This document shows positions 24,276 through 36,569 of a DNA stretch of 64,000 nt, one piece after another. Made by a program: the position numbers and the translations under genes. Source of the DNA: Laetmonice hystrix (taxonomy: Eukaryota); assembly GCA_965235115.1 (NCBI GenBank), contig OZ249440.1, positions 31,746,001 to 31,810,000 of the forward strand, in the 5' to 3' direction. The notes under the pieces were generated by a model. It was not told the DNA's origin. It saw only the letters and a program-made list of their open reading frames with translations, and did no database searches. Every line of letters starts with the position of its first letter. Within the stretch, counting starts at the first letter, position 1.

Positions 24276-27200
24276 CAGGCCTACCATAGACAGAGAATAA
24301 AGAAAGGTTTTCTTTACGCTCAATGTCTACCATAGATGATAGAGAAGAGTAGAACGGGTGAGCTGTGAATGCGCCAGCCCAGGCCTAGTGACCTGATTCG
24401 TACTCGCTGTTTGATTGGTCAATGTATTGAATTTCATTGGCCGATCATGAATTTGTGGGAAAAAAGTTTGACAGGTCAAGCTTTTCTGATTGGCCGACTT
24501 TTTCCTGCGACTGGGAAATTTGGCAGTCTAGCATTCGGCTGAATCAAATATTCAGCCAACTATGAAATAGTGGGAGCACAGCTTAATGGAATCTCATTCA
24601 CTATAAATGAACATGTTCTGTATATATTCTCCCTGTGCCACAGAAGGGGAGTTGATCAGCGACACGTGACAGCATGGACCATGGGGTATTCGCCATCAGC
24701 CTCTTGGCAAGCATGCCGCGTAATACTAAAAATATTCGAAAAGAAACAGAACAACCCACTTCCGATCGTAATAGAGGTTTATCCATGATTTTTATGGGTG
24801 GCCACATTCAGAAATGACAGCATTTGCCATTTTACGTCAAGTTCTTGGACTCAAGGCAGCAGACAACATCAGAGCTGCTGTAGCCCATGTGAGCTCTGTG
24901 TGACAGGCCTCGACTTCCCGGTGAGAGGCGTCCAAAGTCATATGAAAGTTTATTTTTCTGCTGGTCCATTTGTTTCCTGAAATTTGCATTTTCTTGATGG
25001 TGCATTTTTAGCATTAGAAAGAGGATTCGCTGTTTGGTATGGACATGAGGCAAGAAAGTCTGACCACTGGACAAACAAAATTCCCTGATTTTTCCCTGAT
25101 TTGAGGGATTTTTCTTAGATTCCCTGACTGGAAAAAAGAGGAAGTCATTTTCCAGGTTTTCCCTGATTTCCAGGTTGGCTTGGAACCCTGTCGGAGTGAG
25201 ACTGACAAGAGTTCATAGATTAAGAAAATGCAGTTGGTGAGCAAATATTTGGACCAAGATGTAACATTTGATGATTGATTCATTCATGTAATGGGGAACA
25301 TTGTCGCCGCCTTTTCCGCATGGCGGCAGCACTGTGCAAGCGGCTCAGGAGGCTGTTAAGGAAAATTGGTCCTTCCCCGTATATTCCCACATATTATCCA
25401 ATTTACCTTAAGTAGTTAATAAGCTTAATTGGTGATCCTTTGTATCGGATAGGATTCCCACCAGTAACACCCCAGGTGCCAGACAACATTGGCAACAACA
25501 ACCTGACTAATGGGCAGGTTCACAGCCAATCTTTCCTAATTATCTCTAAGGTTTTCGGGTCCTACATCGTGCGAAACTTCAGGCCAATGAATTAGCGTAA
25601 ATTACTTGGAAACCAGTAAGGCATGATTATTATCCCTATTGTAAATCCTGCAACCATAATATGTTTGTGTCCGGGTATTGTCTTTCAATGACGCACATAG
25701 TCACATGATAGGTAGACTGCCTGGGACTTAAACCTGAAGTGCACGACCAACCACCCGACATCCTTTGTGCCTGGATCACCTTGTTGTGGACCCACCCTGG
25801 AGAGGCGGCAGTCGGAGGTAGGAGGGAGACGGGGGGAGGCTTACTGTACCAGGTACCCCAGTGAAGACAAGTCAACGACGGCTGGCGGTGATGATCATTG
25901 TATTCTCAGACGTGTACATGATATAGAGTATCGCGGGATACTCAACTAGCCTAGAGGCTGAACCTCAGGCTGGGCTGACAAGACTGAGAGACTGGCTCAG
26001 AAGAAGCATCAGTCTAACTCGAAGATGAATAAGTAACTAACTGCCTACTGACTTTTCGGTCCCCATATATATATATCGAACTCCGTCCGCGTCAGCATCC
26101 CAGCCCGAAACTCCATCCCCTCTGCTTTGCCAGCAGTGGACCCGGTGGCTGCGGTCACCGACACGGACCTACAAGATGACATTGTGTCACCGATCGGGCA
26201 GTGTCCGGATCCCGCAGCTCCTAGTGACACTGCTCGCCCAGCTGGGGGTCCGCCATGGAGGCCAACACGAACATAAGACGCTGGGTACGTGCCGGTGTCA
26301 ACTCACCATGACAACGGTATTGATACGACCATTACACAACTTGGGAGATGACGGCCCGAGCTTCCCCGGATCCGGCGCCGTACCAGCATCCGACTTAAGG
26401 GAACCCAATACTCCAGTAACTACATGATTAAATATATACATAACATCCAATCCGCCCATCCTTAAGTGAATATAAACGAGCACAAGGATTCGACTATACT
26501 AACATACAGGGATAATAAAGTTTACCGTAATAATATATAGATATACATATATATATACGGGGGAGGCCAACTATATTAAATGTCCAGCGGCAGCGAAGCC
26601 TAGCCGCAACAACCTGTCAATCATAGACAATCAGTCATTATATTGGGTGGATAAAAAAAACGCCCCGAACTTTAAACTTGAATATTTCAAAAAGTAATGA
26701 TTGTAATTCAATGAAATTTTTCTTCATATCACTTCATGATGTTGTCTCTTAGTTGTAATGTTACAAGTCAATAGCTTGAATAATATTTCCGTGGCGCTAA
26801 AAACAAAAATCATTGTACAAAAGCACAATGCCGTGCTAAAGCGAGGTGTAGTTGCACCCAGAGTGCCTGGCCTCACACTCGAGTGGGTGGTCAATCGGTC
26901 CCCCGTTTTCACTTCATACTGCTCTCGGTCTCTTTTTCCATGAGCCAATGCACTTCCTGATCTCTGATAGGGAAATATGTTCCCAACATTGGGAAAAACG
27001 CAACGTTCTGAACGTGTTGCTAAACGTGATAATGATACGATTTCCCTTGAACTTCTGGTTACAGTCATATCGTCCTAATGTTGCAGTTTCTCTGTAGGGT
27101 GGACTTCACCCCAACTCATCGTTTGTTTGCTTCCTCGCGCCATGCCAACTTACTAACAGTTCGAGACATTTATTCTAAATTTGTGCGTGTATCGGTGACC

Positions 27201-27922
27201 CGGGAGGTGCCTGCAGAGTCCCTGCCCGGGAATCCCTTACAAGGCGACATTTTAGCATAGAATTAGATAGCCTGATATCTGCTTATCTGTGGCTGGTTGC
27301 CATACCGACATTTGTTCTAAAAAGGCATGACAATTTTTAAACTTCTTTCATTCACTTTAGTCCAAAAGAGTTAATATTATTTAGTAATGGTAAGGTTAGG
27401 TCAACCTACAGCACATTAGCATTTCGTCGTCCTATCTAAACTTATGCTAGCGTCCTGCAGCAAGGACCGCTCGCACAGTACTGCCGCCTTGCGGATTTGA
27501 CTTGAAATCCCCATTGCGCATGCGTCTAATGTACCCCATTCCTTTACATTTCCATGTAATTCTGTTACGGAGCTACATTTCTGCCATGATTTCAACAACA
27601 GAGTGTATTTCACTACTAACCCTGCTATTATGTGTAAGCCAACATCAATATCAGCCTCATATTGCCATCCATCAGCTTCAGCTGACAAGACAGGTGGCCA
27701 GGAAGGTGGTCTTGAGTTCTCTCTAAGTTCAAAAGCTATAGTTTGCAGAGTTATAGTCTTTTCTCTTTTCTATTTACGCATAGAATTAGACTGATAGTTT
27801 TCATAGAACTGAGGAATGTTGTTTATGTCAGCAAAACTTAAAGGTGCATATTAAAAGGGAAACGTGAAAAAATCAGTATTTCAAAGAACTTTTGTTTTTT
27901 CCATAAAGAGATCCTTCATTAA

Positions 27923-29242
27923 AGGGGCATGCTATGGAACACGTTTTGGAGGATTTTCGGCAATTATCCAACATGACCGAGTACTAGGGATCCAAGTAAA
28001 TAATCCTACCACAGCAATTTGGCCTCCGATGTGTTTTCGCTGCCTATGCAGCACAAGTAAGTTCTATACGACCAAACGCATAGATTTCTCCCAATAGCGC
28101 ATCTCCCGCCATAATTTGGTACACAACCTCCCATCAACCCATGTAATTGCATACTGCGTCATATCCTGCGTGTGCACTCTCTGTATGTGCTTAGTCACGT
28201 GCTTCGCTTAGTTGTAAACAATTCAGCAGTTGCAGTTGATCGTCCGGCATCAGAATGCCACCCAAAAAATATGAAATCGGCAGAGAAGCGGGAAATACCC
28301 CAGTCACACAAGAGATACGAACAACTGCCGACCTCTGGCGATCAAAAAAGCTGCGACCAACGAAAACCACTGCCGACCAAAATCCCTAAACTTGCCATAA
28401 ATTTAATTAGGCGAGTAGTTGCCGATCGGTAGTACGACAGGTTCCCCGAGTGTCGTACGAAAATTGTCCGTCCAAGGAAAATTATTGAAGACTGATGGGC
28501 AACCACTCGGTGGAATGTTGTCAATAATTGGCAACTGGTCGGTGATTTATCGGCGATAATGAACAACTAGTTGCAGATTAGCTGCCGATGTTAGTACGGC
28601 GTTCGGCAGTCTCTCAAAGATTACTCTAGGGGATATAAATTTATATTGTCCTGTCAAGTGGTCCACGAACGGTAGACGACATCTCAGCGGGTAGTTGTTG
28701 TCAGTTGTCCATGTTCAGCGAACGTTTGGCCAATGGTCGGCGATTGCTCGTGTATATTTCGCCAACTGATTGCCGGTGAGTTGCTAGAGTTTGCCGACCA
28801 AAAACTGCTCGGCAAGAGCCGGCAGACAGTCTGAGTCCAGTCTGAGAAATGTCGCCCAGCCTCGGACAAAAGATTAAAGACAAGAAAAACCTTTTCCCGA
28901 CCAGTTTGGTCGGCAGAAGGTTTTCAATGCAGCAGCATAAACCTCCAGCCGACCAAAATGCTCGAACAACCACTTACCGAACACTGGTAACCTTTTACAG
29001 ACTGCCAAAAACCTGTATACAACCTCTGACAACCAACTACCGACCAGTGGTTGTCAGAAGTCGGTCGTACCTCCTGTGTGACTGGGGTATAAGGGAGCTT
29101 CACAAACTTTGATTTCTCATGCAAAATGAAACTGATAAGTCTGTCTTTGTTTAGCAAGCAATTTTAATGAAGGATCTCTTTATGAAAACAGCAAAAGTTC
29201 TTTGAAATACAGATCTTTCACATTTGCTCATAATATGCCCCT
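27923..29242 (+). mobile_element. Kolobok-like element, inner inverted copy of the same family
   Basis: TTAA at 27919 and 29243; AGGGGCAT TIR; 27923-28272 is the diverged reverse complement of ~29765-30122. Confidence 0.85.
28296..29089. mobile_element. TIR MITE nested in the inner Kolobok-like copy
   Basis: TIR TACCCCAGTCACACA; TSD unclear. Confidence 0.75.
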
Positions 29243-30433
29243 TTAAAGTTGCTTGGTGAACAAAGATGGACTCAGTTCCATTTTGCGCGAGAAATCTTTT
29301 TGGAGCCCCCTTGCTGGTCATCTGGAAAAACGGCTCCGCCCATCGTTTGCATGTGGATTTTGTTGACACACGTGACACGCAGAACCCTCACGCATGCTCA
29401 GACGGTTTGTTTTGAAGCATGGCTGACGAAGTTACGAACAGGACGTGGAGATGGCGAGTATAAATGCCGAATTTCACGTGTACCGTCAGTGAGGAAATTG
29501 TCTGACACTCGATCGTGGTGGAAGGAGTCGGGAAACAGTGGCGGCTCCGGAACGTATCGAGCGTCCCGTGTCCCATGTGTCGCCCCCACCCACAGGCCGG
29601 CACAGCAGGCATGCAGGCGAAGCGCGCTATGTTTGCTCGACACTCGAGGTGCCGCTCCAGACACCTCGCCAATGACCCCCTTGCCTTGGTTTCCGATATT
29701 GACTTGCTGTCTTTTCCAGCTTCTGTATCTTTCTTTCCATGCCCGCTTCATGGCTGATTCCGTAAAGTATTTTTTGGGTGGCATTCTGATGCCGAACGAT
29801 CGAGTGCAACTGCTGAATTGTTTACAACTAAGCAAAGCACGTGACTAAGCACCTGCAGAGAGTGCACACACAGGATGTGACGCAGTACACGATTACACAG
29901 GTTGATGGGAGGTTGTCTACCAAATTATGGCGGGAGATGTGCTAACGGGAGAAATCTATAAGTTTAGTCGTATGGCACCTACTTGTGCTGCATACGCAGC
30001 GAAAACACATCGGAGGACAAAATGCTGTGGCACTGGTAGGATTATTTACTTAGATCCCTAGTACACGGTCATGTTGGATAATCGCCGGAAATCCTCCAAA
30101 ATGTGTATTTTAGCATGGCCCTTTAACAGAGATGTATTGGAATGCAGTATTTGTACAGGTAATTCTGTTACATTTATGTAATTCCGTTACACAGCTATTC
30201 CTGTAATGTTTTCAACAACAGAGTGTATTTCAGGACTAACCTCACTAGTCAACATTAATGTCTCCCTCATATTGCCAACTATCTACTTCAGTTGATAACA
30301 AGATTCAGACAGAATCTTCAAAAGTGATGTTCAAATTTTTTGTGTAATCTGTTACGAAAATAAATAATTTATATTTTCATCATGTTGTTAAACTTTTTAT
30401 CAAATATGATTGTTTATTCTAGCATAAGAATCA

Positions 30434-30758
30434 GAATTCTGATCTGGGCCGGCTCAGAATGGAATCCTATGTCGATTCCATTTCAGGCCGGCCTAGAACG
30501 GAATTCCAATCTCGGCCGGCCCGATTCCGAACTGGGACGGCCGAGATCGGAATTCCATTCTGCACCGGCCTGGAATGGAATTCCAATCTGGGTCGGCCCG
30601 ATTCCAAACATGGCCGGCCGAAATCGGAATTCCATTCTGGGCCGGCCGAGAATGGAATTCCGATCTCGGCCGTCCCAGTTCTGGGCCGGCCGAGAATGGA
30701 ATTCCGATCTCGGCCGTCCCAGTTCGGAATCGGGCCGGATTCCAATCTCGTCCGTGAC
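30434..30758. repeat. GC-rich repeat array (GGAATTCC/CGGCCG motifs in both orientations), probable DNA transposon end
   Basis: Array ends in ...GTGACA; no partner end found. Confidence 0.65.
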
Positions 30759-31146
30759 ATATGCGTTTTTGAGATATCATCATATTTACACTGATCTTGA
30801 AGACCACAAATTTTGAACCAGAAAAAGTGGAAAACCGCGAATCTGCGGAAAATGCTCATGTCTGCTGTATATTAGCAACACATACTTATTTTTGGCCGCA
30901 TTATCAACCAATGAGAGAGCATTCCTGTATTTTACTCCTATTTGGGGGCTTTTTCTGCAGCTAGTCCTACTGGGAAGTGCCTGGATTAGTAATATTATAC
31001 CCCGTTATTATCATGTCCATTAAATGTGATGCTGCCTTTTCTGTTTTTTAGTAGGACTTGGTTAAAAAAAGTAGGAAAAGTAGGACTTTGTAGGACGGGG
31101 TCTGAAAAAGTAGGACAAGTAGGACGACTAGGAGGCCTGCATGATA

Positions 31147-32128
31147 TGGAGGTCATCACAGCCATGTACCTAGACCAGTGGAGGTCATCACACCACTGGA
31201 CACAGACCAGTGGAGGTCATCACAATACAATGTATACCCAGACCAGTGGAGGTCACGACACCACTGGACCCAGACCAGGGGTGGTCATCACACCACTGGA
31301 CCCAGGCCAGTGCTGGTTATCACATCACTGGACCCAGACCAGTGGTGGTCATCACAGTAATGGACCCAGACCAGTGGTGGTCATCACACCAATAGACCCA
31401 GACCAGTTGAGGTCATCACAGCAATGTACCCAGAGCAGTGGTGGTTATCACACCACTGGACCTAGACCAGTGGTGGTCATCACAGCAATGTACCCAGAGC
31501 AGTGGTGGTCATCACACCACTGGACCCAGACCAGTTGAGATCATCACACCACTGGACCCAGACCAGTGGAGGTCATCACACCACTGGACCCAGACCAGTG
31601 GAGGTCATCACACCACTGGACCCAGACCAGTGGAGGTCATCACACCACTGGACCCAGACCAGTGGTGGTCATCACACAACTGGACCCAGACCAGTAGTGG
31701 TCATCACACCACTGGACCCAGACCAGTGGAGGTCATCACACCACTGGACCCAGACCAGTGGAGGTCATCACAGCAATGGACCTAGGCCAGTGGAGGTCAT
31801 CACACCACTGGACCCAGACCAGTGGTGGTCATCACACCACTGGACCCAGACCAGTGGTGGTCATCACATCACTGGACCCAGACCAGTGGAGGTCATCACA
31901 CCACTGGACCCAGACCAGTGGAGGTCATCACAGCAATGGACCTAGGCCAGTGAAGGTCATCACACCACTGGACCCAGACCAGTGGTGGTCATCACACCAA
32001 TATACCCAGACCAGTGGTGGTCATCACACCAAATGGACCTAGGCCAGTGGAGGTAATCACACTAATGGACCTACGGCAGTGGAGGTAATCATACCACTGG
32101 ACCCAGACCAGTGAAGGCCATCACACCA
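31147..32128. repeat. 32-bp minisatellite, about 30 copies
   Basis: Unit GACCCAGACCAGTGGAGGTCATCACACCACTG with internal CCAGTGG/CCACTGG inverted pair. Confidence 0.97.
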
Positions 32129-32173
32129 CAAAAGAAGGGATCCATAGGATTTCAATCTGTGCAAAAGACTGAC

Positions 32174-32423
32174 CTGAGACTGCAAGAAAATCGTCGATTG
32201 TCGTGATGTCATCTACAGCTTCTGTCAACATGCGAACCTGTCGCTCCCATGCCTCCCGGAACACATCCATGTTTTCAATGGCGACCTTCGACCTTGGACG
32301 GGCAGCCAAAATTCTAGCAGCGTTGATTACTTGTGGGCACAAACTGTCAATCTGGTCAGCTGCCATCCGGACCAACTTCACACCCTCTTCATTGTTGGAC
32401 ATGGAGCAGGCTAAGTTGGCCAC
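32174..32423 (-). CDS. CTNNA: alpha-catenin exon (VANLACSMSNNEEGVKLVRM...IDDFLAVS)
   Basis: 250 nt, TAG/GTCAG, phase 0/1. Confidence 0.98.
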
Positions 32424-33811
32424 CTAGTGGGGCAAGACAGAGAATCAAAGATTAAACATCATGATTGCAGGCAACCATCAATCCCAGTGGGAGGCAAAGT
32501 AAATCCCACCCTGACTGCGAACACAGGAGAAGGCCCAGCACTGACATCCTATTATTGTTTAACAAAGGTGCTGATAGGGAGTCTGTAATGCTGTCTGTAA
32601 ACAACCTATGATTACACTTCCTGGGCTAATTATTCTAGTGCCAGAAAATAGAGAAATGTGGTGAAAACAAAGGGGGGTACATTTCCTATGGAGGGGTCCA
32701 AATTTTATTATAGAATCTGGACCGGGGGTCCATATTCTATGGGGGATCCAATATCGATCTCACACCGGCACCCCACTGACTCGGTCTGTGTGGGATCCAC
32801 CAACACCATGGCATGGGTCATGGCATCAGCTTGTCAGAGTAGTGACTAGAGCGGCGACCTGACGAATTTTGTGGAAAAACACAGTATAATATAGAAGTTG
32901 CATCCGAAAATGAAATAAGGTTCTTCATCCTCAAGGGATGGAAGATGCACAGTTGAAGCTTTGTAGTTTAGAGAAAAACTACAGCATTCAACAGGAATCA
33001 AAGATCTTAATACAATGAGTAATTTAAAACCAAAATCTCAGAAATGCTGGAGCCGTTTTCGAGAAATGGGCGATTATGTGCTAAAAAGCGCCTTTTTGGC
33101 CAGAAAATGGTAAGCCCAGAAAATTGTAAAGAAATAATTTTTACGATCTTAAAAAAAACGGTCCTAGAGAATGCCCTTAGAAATGACTATGCAAAATTTC
33201 AGAAAAAAATGTTGAATAGTTATCGAGATCTAGGTGCTAACGGACAGATGGACAATGGACAACGGATGCTAGCCCATGACAATAGCTTATCAGGACTGGT
33301 AAGCTATAAAGGGGTAGATTATAATACACATTATAAGCAAAATGGCTGGGAAAACAGCATCGTTGAGAAGGAAATCTTATATTTGAAGCACAAATATGAT
33401 GTCTGCTTTGCGAGTGGGAATGAAACACACTCTTCCCAGATGATCCATAAACAATGTATTGTTGACAACCTAAACAATATGCTGTAACGTTAGTGTAGTG
33501 AAAAATTCACCATTGTTTGTGAGCCAATCTGCTTTAAATCTGTTTCTGATGTTGTGATCAATAAGGACCATTTCACCATACTTTTCTAGGTAAGCCATCA
33601 ACAATGTGTAGTAATGAAAGTTGTGTTTTGGTCATGAGCAGACACCTATGATCGTGATGGTGGCAAAACCAAAGCACATGTGTAAACGCTAATTTGCAAG
33701 CATTTTCAACCAATCAGAAAACAGTATTTTCACAGTCTTTTTGCCTGTTCAAGTACCTAAAGGTTAGCTTGTGTCCCTGATTCCTTGATTGTCCACATAC
33801 CAGGGGCTGGG

Positions 33812-34898
33812 CAGTCTCGGTAACGCCAGACTCTCAGAGAAGAGAGTGCGGGAGATTTCTGATCTTCCAATTGTTACCACAGGGTGGCGCGTCAAATTTT
33901 TAGAAACATAAGCGGCCCAAGACAACCAAAACAAACCGAACCTTTCGCTGCACAAAATTTCGCTTCACAAAATTGCTGCCTACGACTACGTTTTAGTATA
34001 CACTAAGAAAACGTCATCATCATGTGTGAAATGGTACTCGTCATTCCTCCATTCCAATACTATAGGCTAATCTAGTTATGGTTGTAGGCCCCCTATTGAC
34101 TGTGCGTTGTCAGCTTGCGCCATTATGTCAGTTGTCAGTTGAAATTCGAAAAAGCTCACTCACCGTGGTTCGTACGATTAAACGGTAAACCAAATTGACT
34201 GTGACGGTGTATAGAAAGTTGACTGTTTTCACAATCCAACAGGGGCCCCTATATGGGTCTAAAATATCAATCGTGCTTTTTAACCAATTAAACAGGCTGT
34301 CTCAGGTTTGAAAATATGGTAGCTCTATACCGCAGCCAGGCGGGAGCGACCGAGGTGGCGGCCGGGGGAGCCAGTGCAGGGGACGCCGGGGTTGTATGCA
34401 TGCATGCCTGTGCTATGCTATGGGATGATGCCGCCCTTGCAAAACGTCTTTAGTCGACTTTCAGAACGTAAAACACATATTCCGCCCAATGCTAGCGCTC
34501 CAATATATCAGTGGGGGTTTTCCCCTATTAAACAGTGTCAGAGGGTCTCAGGTTTGAAAATATGGCCGATCAGCAGGCCGTGGGAGGCCGGCTCTTGCTA
34601 GCTCAGCCTGGCGGGAGTGACCGAGGTGGCAGCCGAGGGAGTGCGGCTGTAAGCGGGGTGCCGGAGTCTGCGGATGCATGATGCCACCTGCCGCCCTTGG
34701 AGGCTTGTATAAAACGTCGCTAGAACGCTAGAACCAGCCGTTGATCATGCATGAGCAGACTTCCATTAAATTTAACTAATCGGCTATAAGACGACTAGAT
34801 GCAGAATTCCTGTTGCCTTATGGCTCGGAACAACCAGGAGATACAAAAGCTTCCAGACCCTTTGCTAGGGCCACTGAGGGTCTGGATGATCGAGACTG
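33812..34898. mobile_element. non-autonomous TIR element with ~9-bp TSD
   Basis: TIR CAGTCTCG...CCAGAC.CTCAG; flanks GGGGCTGGG / AGGGCTGGG. Confidence 0.7.
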
Positions 34899-35156
34899 AG
34901 GGCTGGGGAGAACGATTGACCACATGATCTGACGGGACATGTGTGGGACGAACATGTACATGCATAGGGATTTAAAGACAGACAGAAGTTAAACTAAAAG
35001 CCCTGGGCACTTCTATCTGATCGGTCTCTTCAATTCTGAGGAGGGCAGATGGAAGTCCTTCCTCCACCCTTGTTGCGTGTCCATGGCCCTCTATGTAGAC
35101 AATTACGCTGTTAACAACACCAATGACCCTCCCCTTGCCAACACGTGGGGACTCAC

Positions 35157-35309
35157 CTCAATGAGTTTATTGGCGTGTTCGTTGAACACCTGGGCATACT
35201 CCTCCACCTCACGTTCATTGCCAGCCTTGGCGGCTTCAATGAGTACCTGGAGAGGGACGCTCGTCTCCAGGAAGGAGTCGCTGACATGGTCGACCACAGC
35301 CTTCCTCAG
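35157..35309 (-). CDS. CTNNA: alpha-catenin exon (LRKAVVDHVSDSFLET...EHANKLIE)
   Basis: 153 nt, TAG/GTGAG, phase 0/0. Confidence 0.98.
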
Positions 35310-36116
35310 CTACAGGCAGATTACAGGAAGATAACATCACTGATTCACCTTGGGAATAACAACATACAGGCTTATTCCAAATATAATAAGTAACTTTCAT
35401 GAATATCTAGGACTATCTTCTACGAGCATGAGAAAAAGTGGAAAGAATACTGTACCACACATTTTTAAAAATTCCATGACTTTTTTCTTTAAATTTCAGT
35501 TTTCCATTATTTTTCAGGACAGTGGAACCATGCATACACAAGATGAGGATAGACCGACATCCATTGTCTAAGTCACAGATAACAGCCACATCTTTTTATG
35601 CCATCTCATAAACAAACACCTACCTAACTCATGTCAGTATTACACACATACCAGGGGCCGACACTGATGTACACAACTCATGGACCCCCCTCCACACACA
35701 CACATACATCCACATACAGGGTTTCCTGGAGAATTTCGACTTTTGGGGGGGGGGGGGGGGAATGGTGCGAGTTTGGGGGGGAGAGAGTAATGCAAAATAT
35801 TTCCCCCTGGAAATTTTTTGGGAGGAGTAGCTGAATAATGGGGGGGGGGGGATCTCCCCCCAAAAAAGGGCCTGCAGGAAACCCTGCCGTACCAAACTCA
35901 TGGACAACACACACATTATGTATCCAACTCATGGACACAACACACATCCCCTGTGTGTCCACGTACCAAACTAATGGACCCCACATACCACCTTGTGTAT
36001 TCCCGTAGCCAACCTAAGGACGGACCCATGGATAACACCAACACCCATGTACCAACTCATGACACTTCTCTAACAAAGGGTAAAGCGGCTCCTAGAGGCA
36101 GGAGGATAAATTTTAC

Positions 36117-36197
36117 CTGTCTGCGTAGATCACGAGTTTTGCGACACATGTTCTCAATCGCACGGTCGAGGCTCTCATTTCCCTCTTTACGTCCCAT
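36117..36197 (-). CDS. CTNNA: alpha-catenin exon (MGRKEGNESLDRAIENMCRKTRDLRRQ)
   Basis: 81 nt, CAG/GTAAA, phase 0/0; KTRDLRRQ motif. Confidence 0.96.
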
Positions 36198-36365
36198 CTG
36201 CTCGAATGAACAAAAAAAACATAGGTAAAAAAAGCAAAAGATAATCACTATATCAAAACATTATAAAAGTTGATTGGATTAAGCTTGATCTCCATGCACA
36301 GTGCCCATTGAGTCCTTCTTCCCTATATAAATATAAATTTGATTGAGTTTTAAAGGCACAGGACA

Positions 36366-36569
36366 GGAGATCAGCCAGCCAACATGACATACACAAGTGG
36401 GAGATCAGCCAGCCAACATGACATACACAAGTGGGAGATCAGCCAGCCAACATGACATACACAAGTGGGAGATCAGCCAGCCAACATGACATACACAAGT
36501 GGGAGATCAGCCAGCCAACATGACATACACAAGTGGGAGATCAGCCAGCCAACATGACATACACAAGTG
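36366..36569. repeat. perfect 34-bp tandem repeat, 6 copies
   Basis: GGAGATCAGCCAGCCAACATGACATACACAAGTG. Confidence 0.97.

Larger units (their letters stand above)
27842..30122 (-). mobile_element. Kolobok-like element, outer copy
   Basis: TTAA at 27838 and 30123; AGGTGCAT/AGGGCCAT ends; carries a short MPPKKY... ORF remnant. Confidence 0.8.

Noticed and set aside
27923..30122. Single element with 350-bp TIRs
   Set aside because: TTAA junctions show two nested, inverted copies of one family
31026..32042. Repetitive ORFs, or a CRISPR-like array with a hairpin unit
   Set aside because: Contiguous 32-bp tandem units with no unique spacers, no cas genes, and an animal intron context
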